Shown here: positions 11,941 through 26,019 of the stretch, piece after piece
Layout: each line of letters opens with the position of its first letter
How positions within the stretch are numbered: the first letter of the stretch is position 1
Origin: Antedon mediterranea
Taxonomy: Eukaryota; Animalia; Echinodermata
NCBI RefSeq assembly: GCF_964355755.1
Contig: NC_092672.1
Span: 15,438,001-15,502,000, forward strand
Reading direction: 5' to 3'
Length of the DNA stretch: 64,000 bases
Made by a program: the position numbers and the translations under genes
The notes under the pieces: generated by a model
Databases searched by the model: none
What the model saw: the letters and a program-made list of their open reading frames with translations, nothing else
What the model was told of the DNA's origin: nothing

Positions 11941-14900
11941 TCTAAATTTTGATAAATTTAATATATGTTTATACAAATGTATTGATTTGCGACGAATGGA
12001 ACATTCCAATTTCTCAGTCTTCAGTATAATTATTTTGTTTTACACAAGTAGGTAAATTTATGGGCCCTTAGGGGATAAACTTAAAACAATATAGCATTGC
12101 AATACTTTGACAATACTGTAAATACGTTTTAACCATTTTTGGTCGCCATTTGAATCAGTAAATTTTGAATGTGGGTAAAGTTAGATATTTGAACACATAT
12201 ACTAATAAACTGTATTACTGTGAGTGTGGGTAGGCCCTATTGTTAGATATATAAACATATAATAAATAAATTTGTTACTGACAGTTGCTTCTCAATGTTT
12301 GTTAATTAATAATTACAACAAATATTTTGTTACTGAGTGGACAAAGAATATATTTAAAAATCCTCTTCCGCATCCCTCAACCATAATGTTACATACAAAA
12401 CACAAATTGGGTTTGGTTAAATGAGTCCAAATAAAAAATTTGAACTCATTTTGTGACAAGTTTCTCTTCCTGAAGTAATTCCCAGGGTGATAATTTTAGT
12501 TGACTACATAAATCATCGTGTCTATTTATTCATTGCTATAAATGACGATGTATTATTTACGTACATTTGAAATCGTCAGTTTTTTAATGCTGAAATTACT
12601 GTGTATTCGAGAACCATATGTGGGCACAACCCATTTATAAATAAAAGATAATGAGTATGGTATTGTTCAACAATATCATGTTCGAAAATTAGTAATTAGT
12701 AATGTAAACTGCCAAACTGTAAGGATATGGTCAAATTACACTAAAAAGTATAGTAACTGTCTTCTCTATAATATACTAACTTAGTTATATTAGCAAACAA
12801 TGATTAAAACACAATTTATTAATTGAGTAAAAAAACATTGGTTTCATCTTTACAGCATGTGTCTGAAACATCCAAGTATTATGATCTCAAACTATGACTA
12901 AATTAAAGAAATGAAATGAAATTACAAAGAGTTTAACATGTGCCTGAAAGTAAACCGACCAATAGTTTTGACCATACAAAGGGAAGAATGCCAAAAACAC
13001 ACAGCGATTTTCAGCAAGTTTAGCTGTTTGTTGGCCCAAAAATATGTTTGTAATGTGAATTGAATTTTATGTCTGGCTGTCAGATATTCGGTAGGAAATC
13101 AAATTTTTTATTGATTAATTATAGTGTCTAAATAAATTTGAGCATTTAAATTGATTTAAAATTTCAGAAAACACTTCTTGAAATGTGTTCATGAAATTTC
13201 AATCAAAATAAATTTTCAAATTAACTGTTTATACATACCTTGAATGAAATGCAGATTCCTGAAAATAATATAGACTTTGATTTAAAATTGTTGTTGTATC
13301 TTTAATTTAGCTCACTTCACTCGTAAAGATTCCTTTTTGCTATAATATTAATTCCTCGCAATAACAGCAATTGAGAATTATTTGAGTTGCGATTGTTCGT
13401 TTATATGACATCCGCCAATTAAGATGTTGTAAGCATTGATGCAGGTACTAATTTCATGAGATTTTGTCTTTAAGTAATGGCTATTTTGAATATATGATAA
13501 ATTTGCAAGTTTAATCCAGCTTTTGAATGTGTATCATATATAAACTGACACGGTTACAGCGACATTAAATGAAAAGTAATTATCCAAAAATGCGTTATCC
13601 TTCACATCAGTAATTACTGGCAATTGTAAAATACTTGCATGCAATCAAGCAAAATGAAAGTGTTCAGCAAACACAAGTGCAATTGGTATCTGTAGGCAAT
13701 AATTAGTTTTAAATGTTATTGTCAGTAATACTGACAGACTGGAATGTTGGTTTTTTCCACACAGGAAATATATTTTGAAATAAACAGCCTTCTGAACATA
13801 CCACATGCGCTATATGCTATTCTATTGCAATACTATTCAAGCTTGACTAGTATCACTGACAGAGCTGTAGATTAATCTGAGCGGCATTTGCACAATAATA
13901 AGTTAGTAGCCAATTGTTCTTGGAGAATGAGCGGACACATTAGCAGGGCTCCATCTTCTCTACAATCAGAAAGTAATCCAATTCACTTTGTCTAATGACT
14001 CAATTGACTCAAGCACTGTAATCCATTATGGCCATATCGCTCAAAACCAATGTTTCTCATTCTTTTCAGCTTATCTTGCAAATGTATCGTGCAATGCTGG
14101 CTAATTAAGGTCTAGGCAGGTGATAATTTCAGTTTATTAGTCAAAGTGTATTCTCATAAACCTACTAATTCACCAAACACATTAAGTGAAAACCAGGTAT
14201 AACTTAGATCATAGACCTTAATTTATGCTTAGATATTAATTTGTGAGTTAAAATTATATGTGATATATGTGGTGATTGATTTTAAGTTAAAATTCTTTTC
14301 AAAATAAGTACTGAAAATCCATGCAGTGTATTTAAAAATTATGCATGTTTGCAAATGACCCGAAATGCTTTAATTTTTTAAATTAATTTTTAAATTACTG
14401 TCCATTTAGTTATATGCAATATGTTGTATGTTATATGCCATATGTTGTATGTTATATGCCATATGTTGTATGTTATATGCCATTTTGTTAATTCTTAGTC
14501 GGTAATTAAAACAGCAGTACAGATTATTGGACCTTTGTCATTCTCTCGCATGAAACACTGTATTATATGTGTCTGCCGAGTGCTAGCTTTGATGAGTACC
14601 ATGAGTACTGTGCATCATGCATCCCGTCATCATGCAGAGAATCAAGGAAAATTTGGAAGATTTGACGTCATGCAGCAAGCACATGGTTTTCTCTCGATTT
14701 TGGCCAATTAATTATCTGATGTTTTCCAAGGGCATACAAAAATGATCATTTAAAAGAATGTGTGATGATACACACAAAACGTTTATAATGTTCATTAGAT
14801 ACACATAATAATATCGGTGATTACTAGGCTACAGTTATTAATTAAAAATAAATGTTATTTCTTTATGCATACTGTTTTGCATGCCAAAGTTCAAACCAAC

Positions 14901-15206
14901 TCAAATTAGAGTCTGGCTGTGAGTCGCGACACGGCAGACCAAACATGCATTTACTAAAATCCAGAAAACAGCGCAATGACTGGCCGGCCGCCAGCCCGCT
15001 TGCCTGGCATATTGCCAACATTTGTATGTAAACATATTTAAGAACACAATGAGAAAGTCAGAAAATATAAAGTGATGTACTACAAAAATGTACTGTACAA
15101 TGTGTATAAACAAATCAGGCAAAGAACATTAATTCTAAACCACCCGGTGAAATACTAAAATCTAAAGATGATAAAGATGAGGAAATCTGTGAGAATGAGA
15201 AAGAGT

Positions 15207-15278
15207 TGCCCCAACCGAGACTCGAACTCGGACCGTCTGCTTGATATGCAGATGTCCTAACCATTAGACCACTGGGGC
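15207..15278 (-). tRNA. tRNA-like cloverleaf, anticodon ATC (Asp-type), probably repeat-borne pseudo-tRNA
   Basis: GCCCCAG/TTGGGGC acceptor stem, GTCT/GGAC D-stem, TCTGC/GCAGA anticodon stem with loop ATATCAA, 4-nt variable region, CCGAG-TTCGAGT-CTCGG T-arm. A32 is non-canonical. Confidence 0.55.
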
Positions 15279-15472
15279 TTTCATGGTATTATCCAAACTC
15301 GATAATAATTAATGTTCTTTGCCTGATTTGTTTATATATATATATATAAATCCAAAGGCAAATTACTGAAAAAATGACAATGCTGTGGGTATCAGTGGCT
15401 GGATCTCAATGGAGATACAAAATAAAAGCGAAAAGCTAAATCAAAACGAGAAGTAAAACAGCCAGAAAGTTA

Positions 15473-15509
15473 GCAGAGCTTTCGGGCAACACTAGCCCTT
15501 CATCAGTGC
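15473..15509 (-). ncRNA. Minimal type I hammerhead ribozyme (Penelope/retrozyme-type)
   Basis: Minus strand reads GCA-CTGATGA-A-GGGC-TAGTGTT-GCCC-GAAA-GC-TC-TGC: complete catalytic core, helix II, 3-bp helix I and palindromic AGCT helix III. Identical to 55031-55067. Confidence 0.8.
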
Positions 15510-15684
15510 AAGTGAAGGAATTTGGATAACGTCATAGTATAAAGCTGGCAAGTGCTGCCTGCTTTATATATATATAAACTCATCAGGCTAAGAACATTAA
15601 TTCTAAACCGCCCGGTGACATACTGAAATTTAATTAATTAATTTGAAACGATAAAGATGAGAAAATCTGAGAATGAGAAAAAGT

Positions 15685-15756
15685 CGCCCCAACCGAGACT
15701 CGAACTCGGACCGCCTGCTTGATATGCAGATGTCCTAACCATTAGACCACTGGGGC
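15685..15756 (-). tRNA. tRNA-like cloverleaf, anticodon ATC, G discriminator (repeat-borne)
   Basis: GCCCCAGTGGTCTAATGGTTAGGACATCTGCATATCAAGCAGGCGGTCCGAGTTCGAGTCTCGGTTGGGGCG folds into a 72-nt cloverleaf with A and B boxes, followed by ACTTTTT (possible Pol III terminator). Confidence 0.55.
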
Positions 15757-16298
15757 TTTCATGGTATTGTTCAAACTCGATTGGATAGCGACTCTTTAAT
15801 ACTCTCGGCGTGGTACGGCGGAACAGCACTAGTCCTCAGTTGTACGCACGCGCACCAGAGATCAAATTGATACGCCCTCATCTTTCAGTATTTTTATTCA
15901 CGAGACGGGATCTCTGAAGAGATACTTTTATATATATAAACACATTAGGCAATGAACATTAATTCGAAACCGCCCGGGGATATACTGAAATTTAATTAAT
16001 TAATTTGAAACGATAAAGATGAGGAAATCTGAGAGAATGAGAAAAAGTCCCCCCAACTGAGACTCGAACTCGGACCGCCTGCTTGATATGCAGATGTCCT
16101 AACCATTAGACCACATATATGCAGATGTCCTAACAAAGAGGTATATTGTTAATCGCAGACATGCTGTTACCATCTCCTTTACAGTCTTGCCCAAATGGGT
16201 TTTGAACCTCCCTTTGCATTGATGCTTAACTGTCAAAACTACTCATTTAAAAGGAATTGATGAGATTTACAGGAGTTTTCCAAGGATGTCACAACTAA

Positions 16299-17367
16299 GG
16301 CCCTGTTCAGACCCATGGCGTTAGACCGTTTTAGCGTACGACGCTAAAAGAATGTGTGTCTGAACAGTTGGGGATTAGCGTACAACGCGTCGTACAACGG
16401 TTGTAGCGTTGTAGTGGAAAACGGTTGATAGTACCGTTTTAGCGTACGACGCTACTGTAAGTCAACGTTGTATCCAATCAGAACGTTTCCTGTTATGACG
16501 CGAAACAAGGTTTGACCTAGGCTGACATCTTGTATCGTCAATGTGTGAGATGGATTTCAATAACAAAAAGGCCAGAATAAATAAGGCCTAACTACACTAC
16601 AAATACAACTGTTACAAAGGCTACAAACTATTATCAACTGATTACCATTATATTTTCTAACAAATGACATAAATACATGCACCTTGTATTTAAACATAGG
16701 GACTACGATCCCATCCGCTTTTAGGCCTAGCTAGGCCTAGAGCCATTCACGCATTTCATTCAAGCTAAAAACTAGCGTGGGACATCAAGTCACTCATTCA
16801 TCAAGGCAGACTAGACTGGACAAGTTTAATGCTGAAAACCCACTAACTCCTAAAAAAATCAGTAAACAAACAAGGGGAGCTGTGTCCCTTTTATTAGCAA
16901 GTTAAGGGTTATTTTCAACCGACTGAACTAAAGAATTTTGACTGGACTGGATAGACTAATCACAATCATTGTTTTCTTCATCATTACGAGGCCTGCTTTA
17001 TTTTCGTAACACAAGAGCCTGGGGAAAATGTTTTTTACTACAAAATAAAAACAATAGAAACAGAAATTTGGCTTTACTATATTTTTTTCTTAAATAAATG
17101 CTGAGGTATGTTTTATTTACGACAAATTTTGTCATAATTGTAGGGCTGAGATCTAGGCCTATATACAGTGGAAATAATGATGAAAACACGTGGGTAAGAG
17201 CACATGAATATGCAACTAGAAACAACCTGGATGACGTACTTCCGTTGTAACGATAATCGTACGCTATGGGTCTGAACACCTCGTTTTTTTCTCTGCGGTT
17301 TGTAACGTGACCTTGATAGTAACGTTGTACGCTAAAACGGTCTAACGCCATGGGTCTGAACAGGGCC
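16299..17367. mobile_element. PIF/Harbinger-type non-autonomous element (MITE)
   Basis: 41-bp perfect TIR GGCCCTGTTCAGACCCATGGCGTTAGACCGTTTTAGCGTAC and TAA target-site duplication (16296-16298 / 17368-17370). No coding capacity. Confidence 0.9.
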
Positions 17368-19760
17368 TAAAGTAGGCCTGACAGTAGGGCAGTGAAAGAT
17401 AATCCATAAATAAACAAAGTAGCCTAACACAGTACCTCAGCTAGAAACATTTTCATCTCAAAACCAAATTCTAGGCACATATTTGAATGTATCTTTAAAA
17501 AATATCATACCTACATGTTTGAATTTTGAAAATCCACAAGCATTTTTCTGTCGGGGAAATCAGTTACCTCCTAGTGTATGCGTACCTACCATCTGGACAT
17601 CTGAGTCTGGTGAGAAGTTCATGACATGACATACAGGACATCGAAAATTTAATAACTTAACTATAAGATGCTGACTAAGCAAAGATGGCATGTTGTTTGT
17701 TTAGTAATGTAGGTCTACAATAAAATGTCTATTTTAGGTGGCCCACGGTACAGAGGGTTACTCGTAAATTAAAAAATTGGTAAACATACGAACAATTAAC
17801 ATAAATCGTTTTTGCTGTAGAGTAACACGTCGGTAAACTTCGCCTGGAAAGTAACTTCATTTTGGTCCCTGGATGGAACATGATATACGCGTCTAGACCC
17901 AAACAATTTGTACAAAGAGAAATCGCCAGACAAGTGCGTACCTATTGTTTAGTAGTTAGTGAATGCAAATAAAGTGTATAATAGCCCTCTGACGTACTCA
18001 CGGTAAATGGAACGTTGCAGTTTTCTAGGCACTGAACGATTTTTACTGTATTATGTTTTTTGACGATAAGTCCCCCGACAAGGCCCCCCCCCCCCCCACT
18101 GGCACCACCACCGATTTTAAATAAAATTGATGACGCAATATATTTTAAATTGTCCGTCTTCCTACTCATATCATAATATTATAGCACAAGTACGGAGGAT
18201 GAACATTTAACAATAACATGATTGTATTTTCATTCTTAGCTAATAGAATTAAAGAAACACCATCAAAGCAATATGTTTTATCTTTAATAATATTTATTTA
18301 TTTATTTTTTATAATTCGACACAATAGCAATACATACATCAATATTCAAAGAGAAAAAAGAGGTACGGTACATAGACATAATGTGAGTTTTTTAATATTA
18401 TAGTACATTATAATAGTGATTCAAAATAACTTTTAAATGAATTTTGTTTCAAGCACCTATAATTAGGGTATTCAGTTGCATGGCTACACCTTGAGGTCAC
18501 ACACACACAGACAGCACATTAAAGTAAAAAATTGACCATTTTGAAGTGCCATTTTTTAATTATTAGATTAATATTTTTTGGGCAAATAATACATTTTTGG
18601 AAAGGTACACATGTCTACTTTCAAGTGCTGCAGACAATTCGCGGAAATATCAATTATTCAATGAAATACAACAAGATTACTAACACCCTATCCAGCTGGT
18701 CACCTCATGAACATGATGAGGGAAATTCCTGCTTGCAGTTTATGACCGCCCATTTTTGGAGATCTAAAAATATGATGCTTTTTGATTGGAGTTTCCGTGA
18801 CAACCTGAGGTGATTGACAATTAAATTGGTTTCCTAAGTGAAAGGCATGGGCTTTAGCTTGTAAACAAAGCATGTCCCAGGTTTATACGATGTCTAGAAC
18901 AGAATTGGTGGACTTTCAAAAATAATCTTCGTTTTTTCGGTAGGTTGATGGAATATTTTAAATCAAAGACACATATAATATGAAAATATAATGTTTAAAG
19001 TAGCTATTGTTAAAATCTTAGAGTAATTGGTTGAGAATTGATGAACGGAAAAAGAAAAGAGTAGGCACATGTTTTTCCTTTCTCAAGCCACAGTCCACTT
19101 GTTCCATTGTCTTAGGCTGAGGCTAGCCTGTGCCTGCCTGCACAGGACTGCCAGTAGAATTTTTACTAAACGGAGGTTAAGTCTTATATAAATTATAGTT
19201 TAACCAACATTGATTATAATTATGATTAATATATTTCCTATTCCTAACGTTCCGAAGAAATAATAATAGGTACTTTATTATTTTTAAGTGTTTTAAAACA
19301 TATTAGTTTGAAATGCTTAACATCCCTATTAATGTAAATGGAATCGTCCGTACAATGAAAGTTAAATACATTATGGACAGGTCCACTTATTTTCAAGGGG
19401 TATTATTTGGTTAAATTAATTGAGGATTATGTTTTTTTATAAAAAATGAAAGGAATACATCATATTTTGTAGGTTTTTAGTTTTAATTGATTAATTTAAA
19501 AACTGCTATAAAAATCTATGTGTTTTTTCCAGTTAATATTTATTTTTTTTAAATAATACCGATTATTTTCATATAAAAATAAAAGTGAACTTATTGTAAT
19601 TAATATTTATCAACAGGCATTTAATCTCTACTACAGTCATGGAAGAAGATATTCCTGGTGATTTTCTTAAAGCTGTTGGTATTTCAGCTTTAGATCTACA
19701 ACATAAACTTACTGCTTGCTGATAAACTTATCAACATTACAATTACGAATGGCTATCTTT

Positions 19761-20115
19761 GATTTTATGTATTTTTGCGATTAAACATCATATTTTCATT
19801 TTATTACACGTTTCCATGGTAACAAAAACATTTTTAATAGAATTTTTATTACAAATTGTGTATTTATATTATACAATTAACTGGTAAAAAAATAGGCATA
19901 ATGTGAGTAATAATTAAAGAGCTATGTTAGATTTTATGTATTTTTGCGATTAAATGTCATATGTTTATTTTATTACACGTTTCCATGGCAACAAAAACAT
20001 ATTTTTAATAGAATTTTTATTAAAAATTGTGTAATTATATTATACAATTAACTGGTAAAAAAATAGGCATAATGTGAGTAATAATTAAAGAGCTATGTTA
20101 GATTTTATGTATTTT
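19761..20115. repeat. ~170-bp tandem duplication (2 copies plus a partial third) inside an unclassified AT-rich repeat
   Basis: GATTTTATGTATTTTTGCGATTAAA...TAATTAAAGAGCTATGTTA occurs at 19761-19929 and 19930-20100. Confidence 0.8.
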
Positions 20116-23100
20116 ATTACATTCAAATATTACATAGTTTCATTATGTATTAATAATAAAACAATAATTTATGATTTTTTTGGCAACATTTTTATTGAAC
20201 ATTATGTATTTACATTACATCAATAACTGTTGAAAAAATTAGGCCGGTACACTTTATGGTTAAAAAGATATACCCAATTATGTACAAAATATCAATGATT
20301 TTGTTGACTGTTTTGGACCACTTTTAGCTTTTAATAAAATAATAGAAAACATAGAAACCAATGTCTTCGACTTCCTATCTATTTTTTCGTATTGTTTTTT
20401 AATGTAACTTTTGAACGCCTTGTCCGATTTAAAAAATTTAAAAAGCATTGTCATTGTCTTTCAATTCTGCTTCATATGGTATCATTTCCAAGTTCATAGG
20501 GTGTCAATCAATTTTTCACCTGAAATCCCTACTATAATTTGTATTGTATTGACACATTGTGTGTAAACTGGCCGCTATATTAGCAATGAAATGATTGACA
20601 TGGCAAATAGATTCAAACAAAATTGTTATTGTATATCCGAAAGACCATATTATTATTATAACTCAATGGTGAAAGCTTATTGACTATCTTTTATTGGGAT
20701 ATTGTCTCCCACTCTAGCCTTAAGGCACCTAGTTAACAACTAAAGGTTTCTGACTGTAATAGTATACCTTATGTAGCCACATACAAGTAATTTAGGATTA
20801 AATTATATTTACTCATAATTATATTCACTATAAATGCATTTGTATTATCTCTCTCTTAAAACGTTTTTCGTAATTCAGACATTACACTTATATGATTTGT
20901 TTCCATATTTGTCTGTTATTGTGCTTTTTTCCTTTTTTAATTAATTTTTTTTTGTTATTTGATTTATTTAGTTATCTTTTGGTGATCTTTTAACTTTCTT
21001 TTTAGTTTCATAATACAGATATTATAGTACTTAACAGAGAAATGGTGTTGTTATGTTATATTTTCGGTCTTCTACTACTATGTACGATACACTAAAAGAA
21101 TACACTATTACACAGTACAAAACTCTACATTACAAACATGGTAGGCAAGCATTAAATCATTCTATTATGCACACTTACTAATTTCAAACATACAGTTTTT
21201 TAAACTAAAACCATACAACGACAAGACATCCACCAGTTCAGTTCAAACCATTTTAAGGTAAAGTTTTATTTAATTAATTTCCATGCACTCTGCCATTTTC
21301 ATATAAAGATACCGTGGAACCACATCAGGTCAAGTTCAATATTGAATATCGAAACGTGGCAGGCTATAGGCGCTTGACCTTTGACAAGATCGCCTAAAAT
21401 TTATAATTTAAAACTACGATACTTAGTATTGTATATTCAGGAATTACCGCTCCATAGTCTCTTTGCTTTTCTTCCTTATTCCTTATTAACTCAAAATTAT
21501 TACAAACATTACTATTAATATGCCTAGTATGTAAACATTATTGACATAATTTCATTAAACATCCACATAGAGTAACTCTTCTTACAAATATTTTTCATAA
21601 TGCTACCTTTTGTTGAGTTTTGACTATTATATAAAAAAATGCTATCGGCATTTGACTGTCTTTACATTGTTTCGTGATGATTTTAATTTATTATTATATG
21701 CCATAGCAGCTAGTGATTTTTTCCTTTTCTCTATCTAAGTTACTACCGAGATACTTCTTCTCATTTATTTTCTTCATATTAAATATTCCTACATACAAGT
21801 TAACTGTTAATGTTTATCAAAAACTAAATTAATGTTGACTGAAAATATAAAGTTAAAAATTGAGCATACAATTTGAAGCAGTAAATTAATGAATTTAATA
21901 AAAGTTTTCTTAAAGTTTGATTTAAAAGAGTAGGTGTGGTTCATGAAAATATTTTTACCAATCAATAATTCTCCCACATTAAATTAATTATGAAATTTTG
22001 GAACAATTTATAGTTGTATAGTTCTTGTTTACATTTCAACTCTTGCTCAATCTACATTATTGTTTAATTGACATTGAGAAAGCTAGTCGACAAATTGTAG
22101 GGGGTGTTAGAAAAATACATTTTTTGTAAATTTAGCTGATTATCGGAAAAACATTATTAGTGAAATATGTTTATAAATGGTTTTAATATATTTTCATGTA
22201 AAATTAATCTGTAATTTAATGGAAAAATCAACCAATGTTTTTTTACGATATTGTACTCTAGAAAATCGTAAAAATAAAATATTTACAGTCCTGAATTTTG
22301 AATAAAGTACAAAAGTATTAAGATACAAAATTTGGTGTGATGCAGCTCCGACTATTCAAACCAAAGGTACCAATATTTTGTTCCATCGAAACTATCTATT
22401 GAAACCGCCATTTTGTAAACAAATCATCATCGTGTGTATGAATTTATTTATAGTGAAAGATATACGTGATGTTTATATTGTATTTTTATAAAATATTCAT
22501 ATTATACAGATATTGCCTGCTTAGAGGTGAAATATAAGATTTTACATCATCTATATATATATTTACCGAAGCACAAGCTGAGGGAAATATTATATTCACG
22601 ATTTAAGATCCTCATAGTGGTAATCATGTGATGCAGTTTCAACCAATCATGTTCATGTATTTACATAGACTATGTAATATAAAAAAATATATTCCATTAC
22701 AACGTATAATATCATTTGTTTTCTATGATATATACATTTTAGTTGAGGAATATTCATCATAAATATTATAACAACTTGTATACGAGGCACGCAAAGTCCC
22801 CTAGTTACATTGTGATCGAGCGCGTTGGGCCTAGCTAATAATATTAATAATATGACCTGAAACTGGTGTAATACACTTGCTTGCAATTTTTTTTTATTGA
22901 TGAACAAACAAGTAATTAATTTGAATCACAAATGTTTTATTCATTTTTTTTTAAATACAGTACGTGTACAATATAATAATAATAAATATTCAATTTTTAA
23001 GGTCTACCACATGACAATTATAACATAATTTACAGAGTATTCAACATAAAACATTTGTATTGTAATTCATTTGATTTTTTTCACTCCATGCCAACAGCGA

Positions 23101-26019
23101 ATAATAATAACAATAATAATAACAGGCTGATTAAAATCTTAATAAAAACTATTTTAGATAAAAAATATAATTAATAATACAGACAGAAAAACAAGATGAC
23201 ATCTAACATGATATTACGATTATGATTAAAGAAGGGGTATGTATGTAAGTATGGTTTGGGTGAAAAATAATGTCATCTTTTTCTCCACCTCACTCTCAAT
23301 TTCTTCATTATCTGAAAAATCTACAATTACTTAAAAAATATTATTTAAAAAATATGTCTGGTTGTATTATATAATTGATACTGTAATAGGATATGGCCTA
23401 TGTCATTTAGGCCATGTATTATTAGTAATGATTTGAAGGGTGATTCTTAATTTAGAATAAAAAGGTGTTAATGTATAGCAAGCAAAGACATGTAAATATG
23501 GATACATGGTAGTCTGTGAATAGAGAATATTACATCTGTCACAGAATCCTTGAGTATTGATGATGGCTAGAAGAGTAAAATTTGAATGCAAAAGATACAT
23601 TTTATACTTAATATTGTACTAAAATGGAAGGAAATATTGATATACTCATGAGGTACTGCAGAGTAACACATACAATTTTCAATGTGGCCAAACTTAATCA
23701 AAGGAAAAGTTGGTCATTTAAATCCATTATCAGGCTTTCATTAAGGTCTCCGTCATAAGTTTAGAGATTCTAAATAGGATAACTTCTTCCGATAATTTTC
23801 ACAATCAATCTTACGTTTTGCCGCCTGTTATAAGCAATCAAGCAACAAGAAAAGAGAGATGCTTTGCTTTGCTCGTTTCACGTCTTTTTCAGATCTATAA
23901 TTACAAACCCATTATTTTATCTAAAAACATTTATAAAGCCTAGCCGTATCTCCTTTGTTGTTGTTCTGCTCAATGTAATTTCTCTATATTTTCACCTAAT
24001 TAGTGTTGTTTTCTTATGTCTTGCTTTTAACAACTGTTTTTATAAGTGATTTTCAGAACATGGAGATTGCTCTAAATAATGTTTTTAAATACTGATTTGT
24101 GTTTTGTCATATTATTGTGGATAAATATTTTTACATGTATACTTTAGCCTGCATTGTTGTCATTGAGTCTGTTTGGTGATATCTTATATAACTTTGTGCT
24201 TGAACTGAATTCACTTAACCTTTCTTTTATTAAAAAGCACAATGTTTTTACATTATACATTTTTTTTTGTGTGGGGAAATCCCACTTTTATTGCACATGT
24301 GATAAACAATGAATATTTAAATGATACTAGAGAGTTCTCTTGTTTCGCTTGTGCACTTTCTAGTGGGTGTACCTGAACAGTTCTCAGAAACATGCAACGC
24401 CTCTGGAAAAAGCCCAGGTGGCACCAATGCATTTGACTGTGAGTTATGCATGTTTCAACATATTAAATTCAAAATGTATAGGCCTAAATATGAAATGCAT
24501 GTACAGTAGATTAATTAATTAATTATGTACGTCTCATGTCAGTTAATAATGTATAGAAAATAAGAATTACATTTTTTTAAATAAGAAAACTGTTACATAA
24601 AACGTCTTTAAAGGTAAGGAAAACGTCGATTGAGGCCATCAATCACTAAAACATTCACAAATGGTGCTACACCAAGAATAAAAGCATAATTTATCAAGTG
24701 GTTGACAGTCGGAGGGTGCTTAGCAATCTTGTCTTAACATACAGTATCACAACAACTGTTTAGTTGGGAACCACAAATAATCAAATAATAACGTTGTATT
24801 ATAATGTCACAATGTTAAAAATTGAGATTCGGTATAATAATTACAAAATAATATATTATAAATTTCCATATTTTTACTACTTATAGTAAATATTTCAAGA
24901 TTATAATATGTGATATTAAAATTAAATAAGTTACATTGATAAAAAAAAAGACACAAGGCCTACCTACCGATAGTTTGGCACAGGGTAATGCAGCAGTTAT
25001 CACAATAGTCTCACCAGTAACAACAACTTGAGGCCATCAATCACTAAAACAAGTCCGTAGAGGACTTTTATGAGTTATCCTTGGCATCCTTTCTTGTTTT
25101 ATTCATGGTTTTTTATATTTGCTATTTTTAATTGTTTGTCTGTGATTTTTTATGTTCTGATGCCGAAATAAATCAAATCAAATCAAATCAACTTGGAACC
25201 TTCTCTCTCACACTCATCTCTGTTTACTGCACTTGGATCTTTCATGGGTTCAACTTGAGGTCCAAACTCCTATCCCTTGGTCACTCCCAGAATACCATTT
25301 ATAGGTTCAATAACAATTTCATCCTAACCTACAGGTGTTCCAAGAATTGACCAGGATTAACAACTCTCTTGATCACTTTCATTAGCTGAAAAACAGACAT
25401 ATAAGCCATCTAATATCCTCATTGGTCCCTTAGTTTCTAACCTCCGAATGTTCTGATATTCCACAATCACACACTGAACTGTAGAACCAAAAGAATTGTC
25501 TACAATTATTTATGTCTTGCATATTAATTAAAGATTAAGGCATGCATTTCATAATGAATCAAACTGAACAAATCTCTGTTATCATTTTGGTCTAATTTGT
25601 CATTTAACTTAAATCAGTAATATTATAATAATTATATTGATATAACAACTCAAAGAATTATTTATAAATGTTAATTAAATTTATTCATTCTGCTTTTATT
25701 CAATATTTCTCTTTGTAGTATATATAAAATAAAACTGAATTGCAAGAGATTTACATATAAAATGGTACAAGCTTCCAAACATCAAAGTTCACAACATTTG
25801 AAAGTTAAATAATTATTTTAAAAAGGAGATATTACACATGGAAAAAACTGATGAAAGTACTTTATACAAAATATTATTATACACGTTTTGACAGAACTAT
25901 TGTAATTATTGTCGTTACTGAAATGTGTTTATTTTGGTTTATTAATCAGTCTACACAGGGCTGGAAAACATGAGTTGTTGAACCTTTTAGTATTGCCATA
26001 TATTTCACTTTGCTTCTTA

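Larger units (their letters stand above)
15105..16135 (-). mobile_element. Cluster of (TA)n-flanked tRNA-bearing ~360-bp units plus a hammerhead module
   Basis: Three tRNA-like heads (15207-15278, 15685-15756, partial 16049-16114) share upstream and downstream sequence and are separated by (TA)n. An inverted 3'-end fragment lies at ~15305-15335 and the hammerhead module at ~15345-15565. Confidence 0.85.

Noticed and set aside
14410-14482. 21-bp tandem repeat (3 copies)
   Set aside because: Ordinary minisatellite with no further structure.
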